This document shows, one piece after another, positions 41,210-49,174 of a DNA stretch of 64,000 bases. The stretch spans positions 128,001-192,000 of the forward strand of contig CAVPSJ010000014.1 of the NCBI GenBank assembly GCA_963708295.1, in the 5' to 3' direction. The DNA comes from an uncultured delta proteobacterium (GTDB taxonomy: Bacteria > Desulfobacterota > BSN033 > UBA1163). Within the stretch, counting starts at the first letter, position 1; each line of letters begins with the position of its first letter. The position numbers and the translations under genes are program-made. The notes beneath the pieces were generated by a model. That model was not told the DNA's origin and did no database searches. It saw nothing but the letters and a program-made list of their open reading frames with translations.

Positions 41210-42228
41210 CGATACGGACATTGACTTTTCGTGAAGCGATCAATGAAGCCATCCGTCTGGAAATGCGCAGGGACCCGACTGTGATCTTGTTGGGTGAGGA
41301 TGTGGCGGGTGGGGCCACGCTTCCCCATCTTGAAGCGACCGGGGGGAGTGAGTGGGGGGGCGCCCTGGGAGTCACCGTTGGGCTGGCAAAGGAATTTGGC
41401 CGGGGGCGAGTGTTGGATACGCCGATCAGTGAATCAGGCTTTATCGGCGCAGCCGTCGGGGCAGCCGTCACCGGGCTTCGGCCAATCGCCGAGCTGATGT
41501 TTGTCGATTTTTTTGGGGTGTGCATGGACCAGATTTATAACCAGGGAGGCAAATTCCGGTACATGTTTGGAGGCAAGGTCCAGGTGCCCCTTGTCATACG
41601 GACCACGATTGGAGCGGGCTTTCGCGCGGCAGCCCAGCATTCCGGCTGCCATTATTCTGTTTTTACGCACATGCCGGGCCTCAAAACAGTGGTTCCCTCT
41701 ACTCCTCACGATGCCAAAGGGCTCTTAATCACAGCGATTCGTGATCCCGATCCTGTCCTTTTCTTTGAGCATAAGCTTCTCTATGACATCAGCGGAGAGG
41801 TGCCGGAAGGTGAGTATGTGATTCCACTGGGCGTCGCTGAAATCAAACGCAGCGGAAAGCATGTGACCGTGGTGACCATCGGGCGCATGGTGCACACAGC
41901 CATGGAAGCAGCGGAGAAGCTTTCGAAGGACGGGATAGAGTTGGAAGTCATCGATCTTCGGTGCCTGTCGCCGATGGACAATAGAACAATCTTGCAGTCA
42001 GTCAAAAAGACGCACCGACTCCTCGTCATCGATGAAGATAATCCTAGATGCAGCATGGCATGCGACATCGTAGCTCTTGTGAGCACCCGGGCATTTGACG
42101 AGTTGGATGCCCCGCCTCGAATGGTGACAGCGCCTCACACCCCGGTACCCTTCAGTCCATCCCTCGAGGACTATTATATCCCCAGCGTGGAGAAGATCAT
42201 CTCCTCAGTAAGGACCTTGGTTTCATAG
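41206..42228 (+). CDS. E1 beta (AcoB/PdhB-like)
   Basis: GEDV, DTPISE, ELMFVDF, AAQHS, FEHK, PVPFSP.LE. Confidence 0.93.
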   Translation: MTIRTLTFREAINEAIRLEMRRDPTVILLGEDVAGGATLPHLEATGGSEWGGALGVTVGLAKEFGRGRVLDTPISESGFIGAAVGAAVTGLRPIAELMFVDFFGVCMDQIYNQGGKFRYMFGGKVQVPLVIRTTIGAGFRAAAQHSGCHYSVFTHMPGLKTVVPSTPHDAKGLLITAIRDPDPVLFFEHKLLYDISGEVPEGEYVIPLGVAEIKRSGKHVTVVTIGRMVHTAMEAAEKLSKDGIELEVIDLRCLSPMDNRTILQSVKKTHRLLVIDEDNPRCSMACDIVALVSTRAFDELDAPPRMVTAPHTPVPFSPSLEDYYIPSVEKIISSVRTLVS

Positions 42229-42277
42229 ACCGGTATAGCGTATTGCAACTGAAGTGGATTTTTTGGAGGTGAGAAGA

Positions 42278-43525
42278 ATGGTCTCTCAGATTGTGGCGCC
42301 CAAACTGGGCATGAGCATGAGCGATGTGACGATCGTTGAATGGAGGGTGAAAGAGGGAGAAAAGGTTGAGAAAGGGACTGCCGTACTCGTCATCGAGACA
42401 GAGAAGACCGAGTGGAATGTTGAAGCCGGAGCCTCGGGCTTTCTTCATATTTTGGTCGAGGAAGGGGAGAAGGCTAAGATCGGACAAGTGGTCGGTCTGA
42501 TTGCAGAAACCAAGGAGGAGTTTGAAAAACTCCAGAAAGAGCCTCCGCCTCAAGCATTGGCGGCGGAGGTCAAAGCGGTCTCCCCCGCTGAAGCCGTTGG
42601 AGGGAAGCCCGAAGCGGATGGGGTTACAACAGGTGAAGGAGAGCGCATCCGCATCTCCCCTATCGCTCGGAAGATGGCAGAAGAGCAGATGATCGACATC
42701 ACGCGCGTCAAAGGGACCGGCCCTGATGGGAGAATTGTAAAAGAGGATATTGAAAAGGCTTTAGAAGAGCAGAAGAAGGTGTCAGTTCTTCCGGAAGAAG
42801 TAACCCGTGCTCTTTACCAGGGCAGGAAGTTGAAAGAGACGATTCCCCTTAAAGGAATGAGGAGAGTCATCGCTGAGAGGATGCATGGCAGCCTATCCGG
42901 TTCCGCTCAGTTGAGCTTCCTGGGTAAATTCGACGCCACTGAACTCATCCAGTTTCGAAAAGCTTTATTGAATCGCGAGAAGGCCATTGGAGTTAATATC
43001 ACTTACACAGAAATCCTGGTCTATACGATTGCACGGGCGCTGAAAGATCATCCCGATATCAATGTCAGTTTGATTGAGAATGAGATCAAGGTTTGGGAGG
43101 ATATTAACATAGGGGTTGCGGTCGCCTTGGGGAAACAGGGTTTGCTTGTGCCAGTGGTAAAACAGGCGGACAAGAAATCGCTGATTGAGATTTCTCAGGA
43201 AGTAAAAAGGTTGGTGGAGAAGGCGCGAGGCGGAAAGATCTTACCCGAAGAGGTAACCGGTGGAACGTTTACGCTAACCAGCATAGGAGCGATTGGGGTG
43301 AGTGATTATCAGACACCAGTCATTAATCAACCGGAGTCAGCGATCTTAGGAACCGGACCGATCAGGGATGAAGCTGTCGTGAAGAATGGTCAGATCGTGA
43401 TCGCCTCTATGATGCCATACAGTCTGACCATTGATCACAGGGTGATCAATGGTTTTGGAGCAGAGCAGTTCCTTGCAAGCTTAAAGGAACTGGTGGAAAC
43501 CACGGGCTTGCTTTTACTCAAATAG
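42278..43525 (+). CDS. E2 dihydrolipoamide acyltransferase
   Basis: Lipoyl domain IETEK, peripheral-subunit-binding SP.AR..A...GTGPDGRI, catalytic DHRVING. Confidence 0.92.
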   Translation: MVSQIVAPKLGMSMSDVTIVEWRVKEGEKVEKGTAVLVIETEKTEWNVEAGASGFLHILVEEGEKAKIGQVVGLIAETKEEFEKLQKEPPPQALAAEVKAVSPAEAVGGKPEADGVTTGEGERIRISPIARKMAEEQMIDITRVKGTGPDGRIVKEDIEKALEEQKKVSVLPEEVTRALYQGRKLKETIPLKGMRRVIAERMHGSLSGSAQLSFLGKFDATELIQFRKALLNREKAIGVNITYTEILVYTIARALKDHPDINVSLIENEIKVWEDINIGVAVALGKQGLLVPVVKQADKKSLIEISQEVKRLVEKARGGKILPEEVTGGTFTLTSIGAIGVSDYQTPVINQPESAILGTGPIRDEAVVKNGQIVIASMMPYSLTIDHRVINGFGAEQFLASLKELVETTGLLLLK

Positions 43526-43583
43526 GCCGGGAAATTGCAGTGAAAAAGCCATCGGGTGTGCTAGGAAAAGAAGGAGGAAAGAC

Positions 43584-44954
43584 GTGGAGGATCGGGATGT
43601 TGTGATCATAGGCGGTGGACCGGCTGGGTATACGGCAGCGATCCGAGTGGCGCAGCTTGGAGCAAAGGCAACGATTGTTGAGAAGGAAACGATTGGGGGG
43701 ATCTGTGTAAATCATGGATGTATTCCAACAGTGGCCTTAGCAAGAGCTGTTGAATTGCTTGAGATGGGGAAGAGTGCGAAGGACTACGGAATCACTTACC
43801 AAGACGTGAAAATTGATTTTCGGAGGATGATGAGCAAGAAGGAAGCGGTTGTAAAGACTCTTGTATCCGGTGTGAAGCAGATGTTGGAGGCTTACGGGGT
43901 TGAAGTCGTAGAGGGGACAGGACGGCTCATTTCATCATCGTTGATAGAGGTACATCTTAAGGACGGAACAAAGAAAGAACTGAAGGCTCGAAAGATCATC
44001 CTCTCGACAGGTTCTCGATACCCGAAAGCCTATTTTTCTGGAGGAGCGGAGAAGGTCATCAATCCAATAGAGGCCCTCAGACTGAAGGAAATCCCAAAAT
44101 CTATATTGATTGTGGGGGGAGGGTTCATCGGGGCAGGATTCGTGACGATATTTTCGAAATTAGGGGTTAACGTGAGTATCGTGGAAGAGTCGTCCCGGAT
44201 GCTCCCTCAAGTGGATAAGGAGATTGTCTTTATTCTTGAAAAGGAGTTTAAAGATAACGATATCCAAATATACTTGAAATCCCGGGTCATGAATGTAGCG
44301 TCAGAGAAAGAAGATGGTCTGAATATTCTGATCAATGTTAAAGGAGAAGAAATAACAGCAGGAGCCCAGTATGTATTGATGACCGAACCGAGAGAGGCCA
44401 ATATCGATGGGCTTGGCCTAAGGGAAGTAGGAGTGGAGCTGAACAAGAAGGGGGGGATTTTAGTTAACGAGCGAATGGAGACGAGCATCCCAGGGATATT
44501 GGCTGTGGGCGATGTCACGATGGAACACATGTGGACCACGGTAGCCTATTTCGAAGGAATTGCGGCGGCGGAGAATGCGATGGGCCAACATTCAAAGATT
44601 GATTACAGAGCGATTCCCTTATGGACGCATTCTATTCCTGAAATCTCATGTGTGGGGATGACCGAAGAGGAGGCGGTAGCGAAGGGATATCCAGTAAGGG
44701 TTGGGAGGTTTCCCTTCGCCGGGAATGGGATGGCAGCCATTTTGGGCCAGAGGAGGGGGATGGTCAAGGTGATTAAAGAGGAGCGCTATGGGGAGGTCTT
44801 AGGGGTTCATATGATTGGGCCACGGACAGGGGATCTTATAGCCGAAGCAGCCCTTGCGATGAGGATGGAGGGGACTTCAGGAGAGATTGCCAAGACATTC
44901 CATGTCCATCCTTCTCTTTCCGAGGTCCTGTGGGAAGCGGCCAGAGGGACTTGA
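43584..44954 (+). CDS. lpdA: E3 dihydrolipoamide dehydrogenase
   Basis: GGGPAG, GGICVNHGCIP redox disulfide, HPSLSE. Confidence 0.9.
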   Translation: MEDRDVVIIGGGPAGYTAAIRVAQLGAKATIVEKETIGGICVNHGCIPTVALARAVELLEMGKSAKDYGITYQDVKIDFRRMMSKKEAVVKTLVSGVKQMLEAYGVEVVEGTGRLISSSLIEVHLKDGTKKELKARKIILSTGSRYPKAYFSGGAEKVINPIEALRLKEIPKSILIVGGGFIGAGFVTIFSKLGVNVSIVEESSRMLPQVDKEIVFILEKEFKDNDIQIYLKSRVMNVASEKEDGLNILINVKGEEITAGAQYVLMTEPREANIDGLGLREVGVELNKKGGILVNERMETSIPGILAVGDVTMEHMWTTVAYFEGIAAAENAMGQHSKIDYRAIPLWTHSIPEISCVGMTEEEAVAKGYPVRVGRFPFAGNGMAAILGQRRGMVKVIKEERYGEVLGVHMIGPRTGDLIAEAALAMRMEGTSGEIAKTFHVHPSLSEVLWEAARGT

Positions 44955-45013
44955 TCGAGATGTGAATAACCATTTCTCAACAAGAGCCGCGGCATTGAAA
45001 TGGTGTTTGGAAG

Positions 45014-45655
45014 ATGTGCGAGATTTGGGATCTTGGGATAGTGGAATATCGGGAGGCTTGGAAGCTGCAGAGAGAGCTTCATCAGCAGAGAGTCGAGGGG
45101 AGGATCCCCGACCTCCTGCTGCTCTTGGAACATCCTCCGACCATCACCATTGGCAGGTCCGGCAGCCTGGATAACGTTCTCATTTCCAGCAAGCAAATGG
45201 TCCAGGCCGGTATCCCTCTTTTCTTCATTGATAGAGGAGGCGATGTCACCTATCATGGTCTTGGCCAGCTCGTGGGCTACCCTATTCTTGACCTGAGAGA
45301 GCAAGGGGGAGACCTTCACCTCTATGTTCAGAAGCTTGAAGAGGTCATGATACGAACCTTGCGAGATTTTTCGATTGAAGCGGATTTGGATGAGCGTCAC
45401 CCCGGGGTTTGGGTCAAGGGAGAAGAGATTGGTGCCATCGGACTGGGCGTAAAGAAATGGGTAAGCATGCATGGATTTGCGCTGAACGTCAACACCGACT
45501 TAGACCATTTTGCCTTTATCAATCCCTGCGGGTTTTCCGATAAGCGAGCGACATCCATGTCCGAAGTGATCGGGCGAAAAATATCGACGGTAGAGGTGGC
45601 AAACCCTCTAAAGTCGCATTTTTGCGATATCTTTGGTTTTTCGAGGTGCATCTGA
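45014..45655 (+). CDS. lipB: Lipoyl(octanoyl) transferase
   Basis: LLEHPP.IT.GR, DRGGDVTYHG.GQLVGYPI, HGFALNV, INPCG. Confidence 0.92.
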   Translation: MCEIWDLGIVEYREAWKLQRELHQQRVEGRIPDLLLLLEHPPTITIGRSGSLDNVLISSKQMVQAGIPLFFIDRGGDVTYHGLGQLVGYPILDLREQGGDLHLYVQKLEEVMIRTLRDFSIEADLDERHPGVWVKGEEIGAIGLGVKKWVSMHGFALNVNTDLDHFAFINPCGFSDKRATSMSEVIGRKISTVEVANPLKSHFCDIFGFSRCI

Positions 45656-45680
45656 CCAGGAGGGAGTCCACCGAGGAGAA

Positions 45681-45787
45681 TGAAGCTGCCCGCCCGCAGG
45701 GCGGGGCTTCCCGGAGAGGAAGTTTCGTTGATATTGTGCCCCTTGACCCTGCCTACAAGGCGGGGTTTGCGGGGCACGTTCCGGCCA
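45681..45787. repeat. REP-like element, family C
   Basis: TGAAGCTGCCCGCCCGCAGGGCGGGGC...CGGGGTTTGCGGGGCACGTTCCGGCC; reverse-complement relative at 51481-51532. Confidence 0.6.
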
Positions 45788-45993
45788 CACCGACAGAGAT
45801 TAGGGCTTAGCCCGGGGTCGTAGGAGAGCTGAAGGCTGTTGTGTGATGACAGGATGGGAAGAAAAACGGGCGTGTCCTGAACTTAATTCGGGATCTGATG
45901 ATTCCGGGATTTCGGTCTCAGGGTTAAACACGTTGGGTTTTAAAGCCCCGTCCTGTGGACCGAGTTCTTTGTTAAACGAAAGGAGGAATTAAG

Positions 45994-46626
45994 ATGGATC
46001 TATCCGAGGCGATTCAAAGAAGGGTAACGATCAGAAGGTGGAAACCGACGCCGGTGGAAAAAGAGAAAATTGTAAGGGTGTTGGAGGCGGGCAGGCGGGC
46101 GCCGTCCTGGGGAAACGTTCAGCCATGGCGATATATTGTAGTCCAGGATAAGGTTAAAATAGGCGAACTGGCAAAGGTTGCAGGTGGACAGCCGCACATT
46201 AGTACTGCTCCGGTTGTTATTGTTTGTTGTGGCTTAACGGAAGCCTTCTCTCAGAAGATGCATCGAGAGTCTTTGAAGCAGCTTATAGAAGCGGGTGTGA
46301 TGGACTGGCCAGACGAAGTTCTGGATCATGTCGTCCTGGGAAGCGATTTATTTGCGCCCTACCGTCTTGGAGAACAGGTGATGACCATCAAAGCGGGTGA
46401 ACAGATTATGATTTCTCTGGCCTATATGACCCTAGAGGCTGCCAATCAGGGTCTGGGGTGTTGTTGGATGGGAGCGATATCACCCAAAAATGCTCACCAA
46501 GTCATGAACTTGCCGAAAGACTTATTTGTCCATGATTTTTTTCTTTTGGGATATCCTGACGAGGATCCCAAGCCTAGACCGAGAAAGGAGCTTGACGAAA
46601 TCGTTTTCTGGGAGAAATACGGATGA
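45994..46626 (+). CDS. Nitroreductase-family flavoprotein
   Basis: I..R.TIR, APSWGNVQPWRYIVV, GLGCCWMG, LGYP, RPRK. Confidence 0.9.
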   Translation: MDLSEAIQRRVTIRRWKPTPVEKEKIVRVLEAGRRAPSWGNVQPWRYIVVQDKVKIGELAKVAGGQPHISTAPVVIVCCGLTEAFSQKMHRESLKQLIEAGVMDWPDEVLDHVVLGSDLFAPYRLGEQVMTIKAGEQIMISLAYMTLEAANQGLGCCWMGAISPKNAHQVMNLPKDLFVHDFFLLGYPDEDPKPRPRKELDEIVFWEKYG

Positions 46627-46817
46627 TCTGAATCTTCGAACAACGTTCCTCCCCTTCCATTTCCATTCTGCCCACCAGCAGTCATAGAAATGAGTGCCGA
46701 TCATTTGCGGATGACTCTTGCGGACACTCTTTGTGAGGCTTGGAATTGCGAATGGGTGACACAAATTGACTTCCCGGCCCTTCCTTCAGCATCTCTAAAT
46801 TATTAAAAATCACACAA

Positions 46818-46863
46818 TATCAACAGCTTATGCTCATCTTTTAGATTTGGCATTAAACGTGCA
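46818..46863 (+). promoter_or_regulatory. Sigma54 (-24/-12) promoter with upstream IHF site
   Basis: TTGGCATTAAACGTGCA (GG-N10-GC) at 46847-46863; TATCAACAGCTTA at 46818-46830 matches WATCAANNNNTTR. Confidence 0.6.
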
Positions 46864-46903
46864 CTATCTCCCAATTAAAGAAAATCAATCAAAGGGGGAT
46901 ACC

Positions 46904-47050
46904 ATGGTTCAATATTTAGAGCTTGTTTTAAAGCGGGATTTAGCCTCTGTCTGGGGGCTGTTTTTTGGAAAAACATCGGGAATGGACAAAGAAGAGAAGA
47001 CTGAAAAGCCGGATTGGAAAGAGAAGGCTGGAAAGAATTGGTACTATTAA
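46904..47050 (+). CDS. Putative 48-aa small protein
   Basis: AAGGGGGA RBS, sigma54 promoter upstream; MVQYLELVLKRDLASVWGLFFG...KNWYY. Confidence 0.5.
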   Translation: MVQYLELVLKRDLASVWGLFFGKTSGMDKEEKTEKPDWKEKAGKNWYY

Positions 47051-47366
47051 ACCTGCCTGATAGGCTTAATCCCGCCATTTCGAATAAGAAACTACTTCTC
47101 TTCAATTAGCATCGAACTCCTCTGGAAATGCCAGGACACCTCTTTCTCCCTTCAGCTTGATATTGGGCGCCATTCCTTTATCACAGATGGGTTATCTTCG
47201 TCAGGAAAGATTAGCCAAGGCATCGCGTAACCCTCCCCCTGGATGAACCTGACCGGCCACGGTTCCTCCATCCATTGCTTGCTTCGTTTGCCCCTTGTCT
47301 TGTACAATTGTTGCTGGTGAACCAAGTTTGCTCACCCCCCTTCTCGGCTTGAAAAAGAGAATTATC

Positions 47367-47395
47367 TTGACAAGAAATTGTATACAGTATACATT
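47367..47395 (+). promoter_or_regulatory. Sigma70 promoter with GntR-like operator upstream of the Mo-enzyme operon
   Basis: TTGACA-N17-TACATT overlapped by TGTATACAGTATACA. Confidence 0.6.
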
Positions 47396-47529
47396 TTAAA
47401 GGTCCCTTTGATCTTAGATCTCTTGCATAATCCCTTTAAATCACTGTATATATTGCAAACCCTCAGTTTACATCCGAGAAAGTGTTCAACACATTGGAAG
47501 AGAAATAGAACCATAACCTGGAGGAACAC

Positions 47530-48501
47530 ATGAGGCTACCGCCGTTTCAGTATCTTGAACCTGCGAATGTGGAAGAAGCGCTGTCCATGATCAGTATCCA
47601 CAAAGAGACGGTAAAGATCATGGCAGGTGGAACGGATCTCTTGAATCGAATGAAGTTGAGGCTGATTGAGCCCGCCTTCGTCATGAATATCGGCAAGCTC
47701 AGGGAAATGGACGGGATAGTCATCGGCGACACCGAAACTGTCATTGGCGCTAACACGCGGCTGAAAGACATTGCCGGTGCGCCGCTCGTCAATAGAAGAT
47801 TCAGGGCGCTCGCGGAAGCCGCCTTCCAGGTGGCGTCACCGACGATCACCAACATGGCGACCATAGGCGGCAATCTCCTCCAAAACACACGATGCATGTA
47901 CTATGACCAGTCCGGAATGGTGCTCAACGGGCTCGAACGCTGTCACAAAAGGGGCGGAAGCGTATGTCTGGCCGTCAAAGGCAGTAAACGCTGCTTCAGT
48001 GTCTACCAGGGTGACGTGGCGCCGGCGCTCATCGCGTTCGATGCGCGGTGTGTCGTTGAAAAAAAAGGTTCAGCACGCACGGTCTCTATAACCGAGCTAT
48101 TTACCGGGAACGGAGCAACCCCCTTTGCCATGGGCGCCGATGAATTACTGACAAGGGTCATCATCCCTCAGCCCAAGGGCATTTACAGTTCTGCGTACCG
48201 GAAGTTGCGACTCCGGGGAAGCGTTGACTACCCGCTGGCGTCCGCGGCGGCTTTTGTCTCTGTCGCGAGCAACAGGAAGGTCACCACATGCCGCGTGGTT
48301 ATTGGCGCCGCTGGAGCTGCTCCGAAGGTGATTGACGGGGCGTCTTGCGAAGCCGATTTGGAGGGTATTGCTCAGAAGGCATACGATTATGCTGAAGGGG
48401 TTGATAATCTCAAAATGCCCGGTGCCTACCGGAGGAAGATGGCAAGCGTCCTGGCGAAACGGGCCATCAAGGCGGCCATCGACGATGTTCAGGGAAAATA
48501 A
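47530..48501 (+). CDS. Xanthine-oxidase-family FAD subunit with [4Fe-4S] insertion (HcrB-like)
   Basis: MRLPPFQY, AGGTDL, ATIGGNLLQ.TRC.YY.QS....C.K.GG..C......C, YRKLRLRGSVDYP. Confidence 0.88.
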   Translation: MRLPPFQYLEPANVEEALSMISIHKETVKIMAGGTDLLNRMKLRLIEPAFVMNIGKLREMDGIVIGDTETVIGANTRLKDIAGAPLVNRRFRALAEAAFQVASPTITNMATIGGNLLQNTRCMYYDQSGMVLNGLERCHKRGGSVCLAVKGSKRCFSVYQGDVAPALIAFDARCVVEKKGSARTVSITELFTGNGATPFAMGADELLTRVIIPQPKGIYSSAYRKLRLRGSVDYPLASAAAFVSVASNRKVTTCRVVIGAAGAAPKVIDGASCEADLEGIAQKAYDYAEGVDNLKMPGAYRRKMASVLAKRAIKAAIDDVQGK

Positions 48502-48507
48502 GTTATA

Positions 48508-48665
48508 GGGTTTATTGTGTTCATTGAGTTCTTTGGGTTAACGCAAGAAACACAATAAAGATGACAAACCCAACAAACTCAGAATCTGTTTTGGGTTTAT
48601 TGTGTCCGTTGGGTTTTTTTTGGTTAACACAACAAACACGACGAACTCAACAAACTCAATAAACT
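48508..48665. repeat. Two palindromic low-complexity units built from ~9-nt repeats
   Basis: GGGTTTATTGTGT..GGTTAAC..AAACACAATAAA / AACTCAACAAACTCAATAAAC. Confidence 0.6.
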
Positions 48666-48691
48666 TGTGTGATATACGGAGGGGATGTGAC

Positions 48692-49171
48692 ATGAACGAG
48701 ATGAAGAAAACAGCCATAACCCTGACTGTAAATAACGAAACCTACGATATGGTGGCCTATCCCAACCGGACACTCCTCGAGGTACTCCGCGACGATCTCC
48801 ACCTCACCGGAACGAAAGAGAGTTGTGGCGAAGGAGTATGCGGCTCCTGCACGGTACTTGTTGACGGCACGCCGGTTCGCTCCTGCCTTACCCTCGCCGT
48901 CGCCGTACAAGGCAAAGAAATCACGACCATTGAAGGCCTCAGTGCAGGTGAAAAACTCCATCCCGTCCAGGAGGCCTTTGTGAACCACCATGCGATCCAG
49001 TGCGGATTCTGCAGCCCCGGCATGATACTGACCTCTTACGCGCTCCTCAAAGAAAACCCAAGGCCCACGGAGACCGAGATACGCCGCGCGATTTCCGGGA
49101 ACGTGTGCCGCTGCACGGGCTATGCGAAAATCGTCGAAGCCGTAAAATCACTCGCTGAGGAGGGGAAATAG
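48692..49171 (+). CDS. Xanthine-oxidase-family 2x[2Fe-2S] subunit (HcrC-like)
   Basis: GTKESCGEGVCGSCTV, QCGFCSPG, GNVCRCTGY. Confidence 0.93.
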   Translation: MNEMKKTAITLTVNNETYDMVAYPNRTLLEVLRDDLHLTGTKESCGEGVCGSCTVLVDGTPVRSCLTLAVAVQGKEITTIEGLSAGEKLHPVQEAFVNHHAIQCGFCSPGMILTSYALLKENPRPTETEIRRAISGNVCRCTGYAKIVEAVKSLAEEGK

Positions 49172-49174
49172 GCC

